Positions 24,818 to 39,445 of a stretch of DNA of 64,000 bases are shown here, piece after piece. Source of the stretch: Octopus sinensis (Eukaryota). Every line of letters starts with the position of its first letter. The first letter of the stretch is position 1. The DNA is taken from NCBI RefSeq assembly GCF_006345805.1, contig NC_043012.1, positions 9,486,001 to 9,550,000 on the forward strand. The letters are read 5' to 3'. The position numbers and the translations under genes were made by a program. Under the pieces are notes generated by a model that was not told the DNA's origin, ran no database searches, and worked only from the letters and a program-made list of their open reading frames with translations.

Positions 24818-24835
24818 GTAATAATAATAGTAATA
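24560..24835 (+). mobile_element. Short 3' fragment of an R4/Dong-type LINE with (AAT)n tail
   Basis: Translates as KDLEREV.., LKTETIRIILGA and IPIVVGALKKYSDKY, the RLE C-terminal motifs in duplicated form. Followed by a short 3' UTR and (AAT)n. Confidence 0.6.
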
Positions 24836-24852
24836 GTTATTGTTATTATTAT

Positions 24853-25106
24853 TGAGTGAGAGAGAAGCACATGCCATCAAAGTGAGACTTGGGTACAAAT
24901 ATACGAAACAAAAAATACTCATCATGACTACTCGTCTGATAAGCATACACCAGTCACCTATCGTCAGTCACTAAGGGAACTGCTCAACTGGTCAAATCCG
25001 TAAATTTGTGGTTTATCTTTTATACCAAAAGAAAACATGTACTTGATAACACTTCCAATTAGTTAGGATCAGAACCATGAGAACCACTGACTGGTACTGC
25101 ATCAGG
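24853..25106. repeat. Probable interspersed repeat between (TTA)n tracts
   Basis: Non-AT-biased ~250-bp block bounded by TTA microsatellites. No second copy in the window. Confidence 0.3.
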
Positions 25107-25109
25107 AAA

Positions 25110-25165
<56 letters not shown>

Positions 25166-26175
25166 GTTGTTGTTGTCGTTTTTGTTGTTATTATTAACAT
25201 TATTATTACCATTTTTATTATTATCATTATAATTTCTATAATAAACACAACGCTAGAACATTGGGAGATAGGTACATTTAACTATATTTATACCAACATT
25301 TAATACTCACAATGGCGTCTATTGACATGATTGTACGCTGTTAGGCTGTTCTGATAAAAAAATGATTTAAAATAACAAATTGCATTTAAAAGATGTTGAC
25401 TGATAACTGTAGATTATTTGTGGAATGTATCGATCATGTGCTCATATAATCAATATATTACAAATGATGTTATTCCTCGGCGATTTGATACCATATGTAA
25501 ACAAAATGTCAGGACATAATTCACATCAAAACTAGATGGAATTCATTCATTTCCTACAAGTTTGACTAACGATATAAACAAAGCCTGTTACTATCCAGGT
25601 TAAGTATGATAACAATTAGGTCGATATTTGAATCCGACGTGTGAAAGAGAAAGAGTACCTGGTATTTTCAACATCACCAGAATTAAACAAACTGGTATAC
25701 GTCAAAATGGACAATAACCTTAATGATGGGCCAAACGTCTTAAATATCGCGACTGTAAAAGTAAAATTATCAATGGAGCCTGTGTTTGTTATATCATGCA
25801 TGTTTTAACACCGACACACTGATCTTAAAACCAAACAAACTGTATGTTTGTAACACAGAGATATAAACATGACGTTAGAAAACAACACACTAAATTCAAA
25901 GAGACAAATTATGGAAATCAATAAACTAGAAATAAAAGGGAAATAAAGAGAGAAAGTATGGAAAATCGAATTAGAAATCTTAACTGAAAATATATACAAC
26001 GATTTCCGATTTAGGCTCACGGTCAAGAATTGTGAATGGGTGGGGTTTATCGGTTTCTTCAACTCTAGCACTTGCCTGATATTTTATCGACCTCGAAGGG
26101 GTGAAAGGCATAGATGACCTCGGCGAAATTTGAACTCGGAATGTCACTGTAACGTTTCTACTTGAGCTTTCTTCC

Positions 26176-26358
<183 letters not shown>

Positions 26359-29300
26359 ATATATATATAAGGGTATTACCAGAAACGAATACGGAATAAA
26401 TGACAAAAGATAAAAAAAGAAAAGACCCACCGAGAAAATAATTCTCTGAGACAAACTTAACACGTGCAAACAAACATGGTACAAGACAAAAAAAAAGCGA
26501 ATCCTTGGATCATGTATAGAATATATTCACAAACATACGATAAATCAAAGCAGCATACAAAAAAAAATAATAACCACGGGGATGTGAAAAGGAGTGAAGA
26601 ACAAGGAATTCAAAGTATTTGGAATCATGAATACGATAATCTAAAGAGGAAGCCATTGCAGAAAAAAAATTCCTATGAGATCAACGAAAATATATCCGAA
26701 GGATCAACCTCAACGTTGAAATAACAATACAAAAGCAAGCATGGTTATGGCAGATATATTGGGAAAAAAGCAATTCATAAATGCATTTATAAATACGTGC
26801 ATGCACGCATATATACTCATATACGTACATACATACGCACACACACCTACACACTCACATACCATTAGGTTAATCGAAATAATACATGCAGTAACCACTG
26901 TTGTTACAAGGGAAATAGCTACTTACCAATGATTACCAAGGGGAAATAATATTGAAATATCGAAACCCAAATAAATATAGAAAATTAACAAACAAAAAAC
27001 AAAAAACGAAAATAAGAGAAAGAAGTTTCTCAATCCTTAATGAAATAAGAAAGGAAAAAAAAAACGTGACTGCAAACAAAAAAATAAACAAAACATGGGA
27101 ACTTAATGCTAAAAATGATGACAACATGACAAACAAAAGTGGAAAAATATGAAGTATTCGAATGCAAAGAACGCTTTAAACTTAATATACTCAGTTAATC
27201 GGATTAAATCCGTCCGTATGAAAGAGAAAATGATTCTCTGATTTAATCCCGAGTGATTTTATCCAGAAGTAGGCAAAAAAAAAATAGGACTAATGGTGAA
27301 AGAATTATAAATATCCTTGGGAGAATGAACAGTGAAGGAACCAACATAAAGAACACAAAATCTAAACGGTGGTGGGAAACTATAGCAGTAAAATGAATCT
27401 GTAAATAAAATTTACAAATAACGTAAGGTACTAGTCTATCATAAAACTGTAAACCCCAATATCGGCTTAAAATATTTCGTGGCGTCACATAAGATATTTT
27501 TAATAAGAAACAGTGGTAGTCGCAGGCAACCTTGACTGGATCATTGATGGACAGACCATTTTATTCAATCAATACTAAAGAAACAGCAAGCACCAGAACA
27601 TTAAATAATCCGTAATAAAGATATGTTGTGGCATTATTAGTAATAAGGCTGCAAAAGAGATAAAAGTTCATATAGGGGTACAAATCAATTACTGATTTTT
27701 ACATCTATATGAGTTATCTACTTTTACATCAAAAGAGCCATAAACGAAGCGTGTAGCAGGATAAAAATATTTACAGTTATTAACATATATGTCCATTTTA
27801 AATCAGGGTTCAAAGGATGTGGTAGATCCCACAACTATCTCCTGTAAAAAGAAACCTGGAATTTTATGATGCGAACAACAAACAATTACCAACACTATTA
27901 CAAAGTAGATATCTTTACTAGAGAAATTGCTATAATTCTTCGATATTAAACGAAAACACCAAGAAAATATTGAAGTGAAGGAAATTAAGGGCAATAATCT
28001 AATGGATATTAGATAGACAATACACAGATTTTCACGATAAAGGAATATTATAGATACATTAGATTAATTTTTAAAACGTATCAAAGTGTAAAATATAAAG
28101 TAATAGGCATTGATACTCTAGCTGTTCTGATAAAAAGTTGTAGTCGTAATATTCTTAGTCACTAGATAAAGTAGCAACAATAAAATTACAGCAAGAAGAT
28201 TAACGACAGTATTTAGAATGGAAAGACTATATTACCGAAAGATACAGAGACATAATTCATTTACTAATCTATAAAACAATGATGAAATATCTGTTACTAA
28301 CGGAAAAATGTTGTAGGTATTCATACAACTTGTTACAAAATAGCTGTAAAAAAGATATAACACGAGTACAAATGCGAACAGCAGCAAAATACGATAATGT
28401 AAAAAAAAGAAGTAGAAAAGTTCTTCTTGTTAACTACTACAAGGGAGTTAACATATATAAAACAGAATTTTATATGAAAGGTTTTTTTTTTAAAAAAAAA
28501 AGATATAAGAATGGGGAATTGGTAAAGAAATATAAACCAAATTGACGTTACATTCCGTGATGCTAAACAAAATGGTAATAGATACACAAAAATTGTAACC
28601 TTGCCACAGGCTTGAGCGAGCATTTATTGTGATAGAAATCGGAAGCTCCTTCTCCAGAAACTATGAAACGTACTTAATGAAACAGTATCTCAAGAAATTG
28701 CAGTGTGTAATAAACCTACGACCACTTTGGTTTCGTTTGCCCAATTTTGGCCAAAAAATGCAGGATCAGCAGGAATGATGGCGTGAATTCTTTGATACTT
28801 TAGCCGTTCGAACAGAAATATGAAAGGAGACAATATAACCGTAAACCATAAAAATGACACAGAAGAAAAGACGAACCATAATCTGCAGCAGGCAATCTAG
28901 CGATATATATTGAGGTCTAACGATATATACTGAGGTCAAAAACCAGAAAACCAGAATAGGAAGATCCTCTTTATCGAGGTATAGGACTCTTTTGTCACAA
29001 TGAGAAATTAATTAAGAGAATTTATCCAGATATAAAGATCTACAAATAGAGATGAGAAAAAATGTGGAAGCTGATAACAGAAACAATCAAATCCTTCAGA
29101 AGGGATTAAGGATATATAAATAAATGCATAATCAAAACCTTGGGAAATTGATAGAAAATTTTTTTTATGAGTCACTTCACATACACGACATAGAGTACAG
29201 TTAATAACAATAGGGAACACAAAACCCAGATAAAGACCTGCACGTATTCATCCATGTCTGATATACCTGCCCTTGAGAATGGCGTGGAAGTAGCTCACAA

Positions 29301-30858
29301 TAAAACAAGGACAACTGAAAAGCTTTGTCTTAGAATTAGAAACCGTTAAACCAGAAATTGCGCAGGAAATCTTTTAAACAATTTCAAATATAAAGAAATC
29401 AAAATATCTGCCGATCTTACTATTTCCCGTAAAAGTGTTTCTTTACATTCTTTTTTAAGAACTCTAACGAGGATTGCTTCGTTGTATTTTTTTTCAACAG
29501 ATTTATTCTGATTCTTTTTATTTTACATATTACACCTGCCTTTTCTTTCAATTCGTCTCTATCACTAATATTCTTTAAAAAAATAATAGAGTCTTAGGAA
29601 TGGTAAAGAAAATTTTTTTATCTACCATTCCTCTTTTTTTTCTTAATTCTGAAAAAGACGTGTACAAAAAATTGTTGAATGATATTGGTCTCACACATTG
29701 TGTTTTTTGAAAACTGTTTTCTGATTTAACGCTTCACAAATTTTGTTTTTTATTAAAAGTTCTTAAAAAAGATTAAGAATACATGATTAAACAAAAAATA
29801 CTGAATTTGGGAGAAAAAAAGAAAAGAAAAAGAAAATACGTTTCTCTTAGGAAAGTTGCGAAACTGTTTTGAAAATTTGGTGGAATTTTCTTCTTTATAT
29901 GTTGTTTTTCTTCTTTATATAACATTTTCCGAATGGATGGCGGAGATGAGATTTTGTTGAGGAATGTAAATATTCTCTTGACATTATGATCATCATCAAC
30001 ATCACCACCTCTATCCTCCTCCTCCTCCGCCTCCCCACTCCCCTCCTCCTCCTCCTCCTCCTCATAATCATCATCATCATCATTCCAATTCGATGTAGCA
30101 GAAGCACAATTAGTAGCCTCATTATTGTGGACAAAATAGAGAAATAAATTGAAACGAATCGACTTAATTAATTTATACGAATTTCATGAAAAATTCACTC
30201 AATTGTTCATCAAAACTTAAATCACGTGCCCGAGAGATAAAGTTGGTAGGTTGATGATTAATAGGCGAAGACGTTCGTGTCTATACAGAGGTCGAAAACG
30301 ATAGGTGATATTTGTTGTTCAGTGCAATAGTTTCTGTGTACTTAATTCGGCTTCGTACTGATATTTTCTCCACCTTAAACTCATCTAAATTGTTGTATAT
30401 CAACGAGTGGAAGGATTAGCTTCGATTGCCTGCGATTAGCTTCGAAATATTGTAGTTACTGAAATCGATTTATTGAAGAAATTAGTTACGGATATCAGTG
30501 CATTACGAATTAATTCTTTGCATGAGACGTAATCAAATATGTGGATAAACTTGGATTTCATGGTTTGAAATGCATGTCTTCACAACTATATCTTTCCGGT
30601 GTTTACCACTTAATCTCTCCTCTTAACTGATTTCAGATAAGAAGTACGCTTTCCAGTTGCTCAAAGACATGGAACTTTACCGTTATTGCCTGGAGCAACA
30701 TTAGAGTATTACTCACCAGGCACAGTGTTGATTGATTCATATTTAACCACGAAAACCCAAACTGCTAAGTTTGTGTAATTTGAAAGCCTGGAAGCCTGGC
30801 AAAATTGTTGCAAGAGAAAAGCGAACGTCAGCAATAAACGAAAGAGTATGGCATGTTA

Positions 30859-31076
30859 ACTCTTTACTCTCATTTTACTCTTTTACTCGTTTCAGTCATT
30901 TGACTGCGGCCATGCTGGAGCACCGCCTTTAGCCGAGCAAATCGACCCCCAAGACTTATTCTTTGTAAGCCTAGTACTTATTCTATCGGTTCTTTTGCCG
31001 AACCGCTAAGAACGGGGACAGACACACCAGTATCGGTTGTCAAGCTATGTTGGGGGGGGGGCACAAACAGAGACGC

Positions 31077-31121
<45 letters not shown>

Positions 31122-31294
31122 CATATATACGACGGGCTTCTTTTCAGTTTCCGTCTACCAAATCCAATGACGAGTCTTTGGTCGACCCGAGGCTATAGTA
31201 GAAGACACCTGCCCAAGATCCCACGTAGTGGGACTGAACCCGGAACCATGTGGTTGGTAAGCAAGCTATTTACCATACACCCACTCATGACACT
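30859..31294 (-). mobile_element. SINE family A copy
   Basis: Reverse-complement match to 4525-4940. Confidence 0.9.
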
Positions 31295-31529
31295 TGTGTG
31301 AAAAACTTTAAGAACTATAGACATATTGGATCTTGATATCGCCAAAACTTTAGCGTAGATTAAAATTGTTCTCTCGACTCTACCCTTACTCAGAATCCCG
31401 ACATATATAATGCATAATGATTTCAACAAAAATGTTCGACACGTCTCACAGTGTGCTGTATATGCAAATGGAAAACCTACTTTGAGAGAATCTGGGTGTT
31501 AAACGTTGTCCTGTAGACTCACTATGTTA

Positions 31530-31931
31530 CCTTTTATCCCTTACTTGTTCCAGTTATTATACTGCGGTCGAGCTTGGCCACCGCCTTTAGTCAAATGAAT
31601 CGACCCCAGTGCTTATGTTCTAAAGCCTGGTACTCATTCTATCGGTCGCTTTTACCGAATAGCCATGTTGCAGAGACGTATATACAGTAGCACTCGTTGT
31701 CAAACGGTGGTAGGAGACAAACACAGACACACACAGGCACACACACACTCACATACACACAAATATATACGACGGGTTTTTTCAGTTTCTGTCTACTAAA
31801 TCCAGTCTCAAGTTTTTGGTCGGCCCGAGGCTACAGTAGTAGACATTTGACTAAGATGCCATAGAGTGGGGTTGAAACCTGAACCATGTGGTTGGGAAGA
31901 CAACTTCTTACCACACACTCACATCTTCGCC
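31530..31931 (-). mobile_element. Older, diverged SINE family A copy
   Basis: Colinear but more substituted match to family A. Confidence 0.8.
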
Positions 31932-32989
31932 GTTATTGAATATGAAATCTCCATGTTCGTTTGCCGATGTAGCATTCAACGGAATCGGAATTGGCCAACT
32001 ATAAAGTGAGATTTTTCAAATTCTAATTTTTAGAACGTCTTTAATTTTTTGCCCGTCGTTTGTTTGCCGTAATTAAAAGACAAACACAATCCATTTAATT
32101 GGACTACTTTAATGAAGAGTGTTGATTTAAATTTATTGAATTTCTCTAACTTCTCGATAAGATAAATTGTTCACATCAGAAATTTACTGCATTTATCATG
32201 AGATTGTTTTATATGCATGCCTCCTCAATCAATATATGCTTACTCGATTAATATAAAAGTCTAGACTGAAAGGAAACACGGAATAGAAGAAAAATACTAT
32301 CTTATTGAAATTCTCAACTAATTAGATAAAGACAATCACAACGAAAGTGACTTTTCATATAATTAATAGAATGTTTCTCTCTTAAGTCTACTTATATCCC
32401 GTATTTCATCACAGCTGTGGTTTGTTGCGACTTTATACAAGAGACAGAAACTATTATATAAAATTAAATGTTTACAAAATACCGCGGCGTCGATATACTA
32501 TAGAGTTAACTGGGTGTAGTTATCAATGGAAGCCATAGCACTGTTGGCTATCAAATATAATCGACACTCGAATATATCTAGTGGTAAGCAATTATAACTA
32601 GAAATTGTCCATCATTAGAGACTGCCAAATTGCTGTTTCGAATATCGTCTATCACATTTAACAAAGTATTATCTAAATTCACTAAAGACTATCACATATA
32701 ATTAACGACTGTTTATAGCTAAAGACAAATTTCTTTTAGTAGATTGATGATATCTCAGACCGTTAAGTATTTCACTAGATGTCTCTTTTAACACAGGAAG
32801 CAATATGAAGATCCACAGAAAGATAATGAGGTATGCATATATTCGATAGCGAAAGTGAAAATGGAATAATGAAATAAATCATATCGAACAAGAGCATCGG
32901 AATGAAATCCCGCCCATGTGATTTGCTGACCTTAGGGGAGGGTGATAAAATGGTATGATTTTAAGTATTCATTAAGGGTTATTTGATGG

Positions 32990-33210
32990 GAATTGACTTA
33001 GTGGTTAGGTTGCTGCACTTACGACATTGTGCTTTTGAGCAAAAAACTTCATCTCACGTTGTGCTGCGATCATTTCAACACATGACGCGCGGCGCACCGA
33101 GCACCGGTTCGAGCAACGTCGATTTGATGGACAGAGTAAGCTAATGTACAACACGAACATTCAGCAAAAGCTAAACGCTCATACGTCGTCTTTGACAGGA
33201 GAGTCCATCA
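32990..33210 (+). mobile_element. Degenerate tRNA-SINE (head type B, different tail)
   Basis: gacttagtggttagg...ttgagcaaaaaacttcatctcacgttg is shared with 51297. Confidence 0.55.
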
Positions 33211-33507
33211 TAGGGTATTTATCTCGAGTTTAGAATATGTATGCTGTAAATATGAATACATACATATACACACTAAAACAGAAATGTACCTTTTAACAAG
33301 CGGGTAACAATCAACGTCTTCTATACAAGTTGTTTATAACCCAATCCTTATACACTATTAGTCATAGCTTTGCCTGCTTCGAGGTCTACCTTTACTAGAT
33401 AGAATTCTTTAGCGTTCTATCGAAGTTTATAAAATCTCATGAGGTCAACGATAATAATAATAATAATAATAATAATATAATAATAATAATATATATATAT
33501 ATATATC

Positions 33508-33570
<63 letters not shown>

Positions 33571-34551
33571 TATACTACATACATATATATGTATATACAC
33601 ATACCAACAAACACAATCACACTTACACAGACACTGCATACTCTTAAATGTGTGTATCCGTGCGTGTACGTGTATATACATGGTTGTATATATATATATA
33701 TATTAATAAATTGTATACATATGTACATATGCATATTCATATCTATATATGTGTGTGTATGTAGACATACGCAAATGGACGTATCATACCTAAACCATCA
33801 CATATGCTGCTCTCATATAGAGGAGAGTGCTTGTATATATACCACGCATTTAGAAGTACAGTATGTTTACATGTATACACACAATTCTACTATTGCAGTA
33901 ATCATATATTGATACAGACATTCATATAAGTATGAGTATGGTTTTAACAACAGCTCTATACTCATACGGAAAAACATAGTCAAATATACTAATCTTCTTA
34001 TATTTATATATGTGTGTATACTCCGTGCATGTATATATCCATAAATGTATATATATATACACTTAGTTCAGCCACAAAAAACATATACACACACCTTCGT
34101 GTATGAACACATAAATATATTGACAGATGTATACCGCCATATATATATGTACATAAAAACACACACATACACATACACATACACACACGCTCAGACACGC
34201 AATCTTATGTATAAACAAGAGGATGAGTAAGTATTTGTATTTTCGAAAATACTTGTTTTTCAAAGCAAAAACGTATAACTGAAAATAGAAATAAATCACG
34301 TGTGTATATATGGTTCTATTATATATATAAAGTGAAGGAGAAAAAAGGAGTAGATTGTTCAGCAAATACTATAACAGAGAAAAAAATTATTGAGTATTCA
34401 CCTTTATGAAAATATTGATTATGCGCATATATCTGTATACATTTATATGTATATGTATGTATATACGCACACACATATTTACATACGTACATACACACAT
34501 ACGCGCGCGCGCACACACACACAAACGCACACAGATATATACATACATAAA

Positions 34552-34625
<74 letters not shown>

Positions 34626-34647
34626 ATATATATTATATATATATATA

Positions 34648-34860
34648 ATTTTGAATAATGAGGGTGATAAATTGAATATCAATTTCTAAGACATGAAAAT
34701 AACGCCAATGTAATCGGTAGAACTATACACACATATAATTTTATAAGGACACCTAGTGTATAGTTCTACAAATTATATTGAATGGGAACGATCGTACTGA
34801 AGAGTCCATAGACGATGATTACTTAAGTAAAATCGTTGATGACGAAACCGGTCTGCGATT
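34648..34860 (+). mobile_element. TA-adjacent element with family head, short foldback and hammerhead
   Basis: Head aataatgagggtgataaatt..aatatcaattt (as at 21513). Inverted repeat gtagaactatacac/gtgtatagttctac (34717-34730, 34756-34769). Confidence 0.65.
34791..34859 (+). ncRNA. Type I hammerhead ribozyme, canonical core
   Basis: atcgta CTGAAGA gtc...gac GAAA ccgg TC tgcgat. G-C closing pair in stem II, palindromic stem III, GUC cleavage site predicted after 34853. Confidence 0.85.
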
Positions 34861-35071
34861 AATTCTGTATTTTGTATATTTTCATCTGTCTTACCCACTT
34901 ATGTTCTGGTATTTGCTGAATTTCTCTAGAGAACATTCTTTTCTTTGTAGTTAGATCGTAGGTGATCTTCTTCTAGCATATTGCATGTCCACATAGTGGC
35001 CATCCCTATTATACGTATTCTGCACACATTTTTTTCTCTCCTTGTTTCTCTCCGTGTTTCTTTTCTGTGTA

Positions 35072-35109
35072 TCTTTCTGTTGAAGAGCGTAGGCTCGAAA
35101 CGTAAAAGA
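35072..35109 (+). ncRNA. Minimal hammerhead-like motif with CUGUUGA core variant
   Basis: tcttt CTGTTGA a gagc gtag gctc GAAA cg TA aaaga. Stems I and II are perfect. A related degenerate copy lies at ~11200-11239 (-). Confidence 0.6.
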
Positions 35110-35217
35110 CTTGTTTTATTTATATTCCTGAGCGCCATACTAATACAATTGTTTGTTTGTATTCCACCTGCCTTCGTCTTTTGTTTATTTTCATAAAGCT
35201 TCCCGTTTGATATATAT

Positions 35218-35315
<98 letters not shown>

Positions 35316-36539
35316 GTATATGCATGTTACACTTATTTGTAAGTTCTATAAATTTGTTTCCATGATCTTTTTTATCATTCCTAATGCACCTATTACCATA
35401 TGCCGAGTTCGAGTTCTCTGCACCCGATGAGCGGAGAATATCTATTTCCAAGTCTTATATTTAGATAATGTCTCTATCTCAAAAGGATCGATGTTATCAT
35501 ATAACCTCTCCTTTACAATCACTGATTTTGTATCTAAATTAGAGACATTATTTCCTGTTGACTACGTTTATTTCAATAAATTGCCATATCTTTCCTTAGA
35601 AAGCAATAACTTATTTAATGTCCTAATTTTTTAATTAATTATACGAAAGAACAGGTTAATGTGCTTTAATTTAATTTAATTTTATTTTGTTAACCAACTT
35701 GAAGAATATAAAACAAAAACTATATTCAACGTCATGTTTGATTGTCATCGTCAGATGTTTCTGTTCTGGAAAAGGCAAGAAATAATAAATGATGAAATAT
35801 ATAATACATTAAAATATGCATTGAAATATAAGCAAATAAAATTTTGTCATTAATTTTATGTGATAATTTAATTCGCTTCGATTAATGAGACGTAGCTTTA
35901 ATTAGGTTATTCTTATCTCTTGCAAATATAATTTGTTAGAACCAATCGGGAAGCCAATTTAAACATATATGGTAACAAAGGAACAATGTCGGTGTATTTA
36001 CTGAAATAATATACGTACATATACCATTGATACCTTGGAGATTGTGACTAGTTGAACGTAAATTGATGTTAATACTAATACAAAGGTGTTGATTAGATTG
36101 AGAACAAATTGATGTATATTTGCAGTGTGTAAATATTTACTGAAAGACACACAGCTGGCGTTTCCAGATGTGTCTCAAATTATACATTTTAATAGATGTT
36201 CACAAACCGTAAACATTTTCTGAGATCAACTTGCTATACCAATAGACATTAATTAGTAACGATTAAGAACAACTTGTATGAAATATTTTCAGAGTAGTCA
36301 ATGGCGTGAATAAATACGACAATGAGAAATAAATGTCTAGGTGTTTCTGAAATTCTGCAAATTTTCGGGCCACGCATTTCAATCAAATAATTTGCCACTC
36401 AAATCACACCGAAAACGAACGGAATCTAAACTAGCGTAACTATAACCTCTTTAAACAAACGTCCTTCAACCATACCCAAAAGAAAATATTAGCAAATATC
36501 ACTATCGTTTAAATTTGTACGTGAGAATTCGGTTAGGCT

Positions 36540-36690
36540 TTGGCACAATGCCAGCAATTTCGTGATCAACTGGTACTTATTTTATCGACCTCGGAAAGAT
36601 GAAAGGCAAAGTCGACCTCGGTGGGATGTGAACTCAGACCGTAAAGACGGCCGAAACGATGTGCTAACGATTTTGCCAGCTCATCGATTT
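36540..36690 (-). mobile_element. Degenerate SINE family C copy
   Basis: aactggtacttattttatcgacc...gatgaaaggcaaagtcgacctcgg. Confidence 0.75.
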
Positions 36691-36826
36691 AAACATGAAT
36701 CTACTAATAAAAAATAAATTTACCGAATAGGTTGCTTAATGAAGTATAATAAATAAAAAATAAATAAAACAAATAAATCATATAAAATATAGACTAATAT
36801 AATATGACATAAAGTTCCAAATTATA

Positions 36827-37075
36827 GCATATGGCGTAGTGGTTAAGGGCGCAGGCTACTAACACCAAGATTCCGAGTTCGATTCCAGGCAGTGACCTGA
36901 ATAATAATAATAATAATAATAACAACAACAACATCGAAAAATACCTTAGGAATGAGAACCCAGGTTCGAAATTTCCCCAAGATACCAGATGAAGGCTGGA
37001 GGGTATATCAGCCGAAACGTTGTGTTTACAACAAACAAAATGAAGACAAATATCCGTCAATTGTAAATAATATAA
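36827..37075 (+). mobile_element. tRNA-derived SINE-like element with (AAT)n spacer and 3' hammerhead-like motif
   Basis: A box TGGCGTAGTGG (36832-36842), B box GTTCGATTCC (36877-36886). At 36981-37026: gatac CAGATGA a ggctg..cagcc GAAA cg TT gtgtt. Confidence 0.7.
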
Positions 37076-38024
37076 ATAAGGTATTTAACAAATTACTAAC
37101 ATAAATATAACGACCAAAGTGCAAAGGAACTGAACAAGTTTCCATCTAACCATGCGGTATTAAATGCATACAATTTGGGAACATTTCAAACTAAACGTAT
37201 AAGTATTGAATAAACAGAATTACAGAATATTTAAGCTAATATTTTTACCTAAAATGTATAATATTTAAAGACAAAAGAAGACAAAAAAGTGGTTGAAAGA
37301 AGCAAATAGTATCGAAATTATTCCTAAACTCCATATGCTGCAAAGAAGTAAACGAAATCACACGTTTATCTCTTAATCTCTACGCTTTTAGAAAAAGAAA
37401 TTACGAAAAATCATTTGGCGGAAGTCCATATCAATTTTCTAACGGAAATGACGTTGTGTATAATAATATATGACTACTAATTTACTCCTAAACTTCAAAA
37501 TAGTTACTTAAACTTCACATGTCATTAAAACTCCTTAGGAATCTGATCAATTGCAAGATGGAGATCATTGCATATTTTCTCAAAATTTTATCATATTATC
37601 CTGATCAAAAGTTAAAACATTTAACTAACGTAACAGGTATCAATAGTTTTTAATTTTATCACAAAACATGTCAAACAACTCTATCATATCTAATAACATG
37701 GCTGGAAAACACGTTATAGGCTATCCTAAGAGGGATCCCATTTTGAATGCAGGGTAATGATACAATGATTAAAATCAAAATTAAAATCAAAGACAGCGCA
37801 CAGAGTGAAAAGTTAAAGCATATTCCATTAGCTTAATGCTTAAAAGGATACACACACACACACACACACATTATTGTTGTGTCTTGAAATATAAATATAT
37901 GTAACTGTACGTATATATGTGTGTGTCTATATATATATAAATACATACATATTTTTATGTGCACACACACAGACACAAGCACACACACATATATATAAGT
38001 ACAAATACATACGTACATATAATA

Positions 38025-38056
<32 letters not shown>

Positions 38057-39361
38057 CATATATTATGCATCTATGATTGGGTGTGCATTTGTTTACTCAT
38101 TTGTTTACTTAAATTTTTCACTGAGAGTAAATAAAATAATTCTTTCATAAGTAGTCTAATAATGTTGCAAAGGTTAGACCGATGAATTTTAGAAATGAAT
38201 TTAGATAAGAAAAATTGGAGATTAACTTTAATAAAAGGTTAAACAAATAACCTATGCTTAACTTTAAAATAATTTTAAAACGAAATTATGTACTACGGAA
38301 ATTGTATTTATTTCATTTGGTTTCAAATCGAAGTTTATTCTCGAACAAGTCAGACAATGGCTTTATTCTATAATTCCCACTCTAAAGTAAGTACTACTTA
38401 AAATTCCTTAGCATTAGTTGGTTCAGAATTGTCCTTAATTATTTACACTTGTATTTGCATATTCTGTTGTATGTGTAAATTTTTAGTGTTGATGCACAGA
38501 TCTGCTGTTTTGACGGGTTTGAGCGTGTTGCGTGTTTATGAAATTCCGTGTATGAATGCACTCTCAAGATTTACACTCATACCTACGGATAATCAATATT
38601 TTATGAAACGCAGAACGACTTGTGTGTTTCTTTGAGTGTACCAATGAATGTCTCTGTGTGTTTGTATCGACGACATTTATGTAGAAGTCCAGAAAGTGAA
38701 GAATCGGTATTTCACAGACAAGGAAACACTTGTGAAATGTTTCTTAGCTGATTTGCAAATCAAACATTTCTCGTACCAATAGATATTTATTTTACGAGTG
38801 GTTAGCTCGATGGGAATCTATAACGCATTGATGACCAAAATCATGTTGTAAACTAAATAGAAAATATAAGAATCGAATGCCGAAGAATGACAAAGAAGCA
38901 GAAAGATTTCCAGTTGAATAATATATTCGTACGTATTTACATAAAACATGATAACGTCCTCTCTTAACACAACCAGACAAAACTTAGCGTTGTATGCGTA
39001 CATAATCGACAATCTGCCTTTGTATTAAGGATAATATCTAGACCCTTCAAAACTTAGAACAAGCAGCGAAATCTCCCTGAAATTACACTATCCAAAATCT
39101 TAGAGTAAGGCGAATTCTGAAGAATGAACGACTGGGAAAACTTGATATTCGTAGTCTCAAGAAAGATTCAAACGGGGCATTAAACAAGGGCAGCCGTATA
39201 TGTACATACATATATTTCTACACACACACATATGCGTGCAATCACACACATTCAGACGCGCGCGCCACACACACACACACACATGAAGGCACGTGATCTA
39301 TTCGTTAGCCTGTTGCACTGATGTTTTTTTAAAATTATATATAGTTTTAAAAGATTTATGC

Positions 39362-39445
<84 letters not shown>

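Noticed and set aside
27400-29400. A-rich stretch resembling a decayed retroelement ORF
   Set aside because: No recognisable conserved motif by eye.
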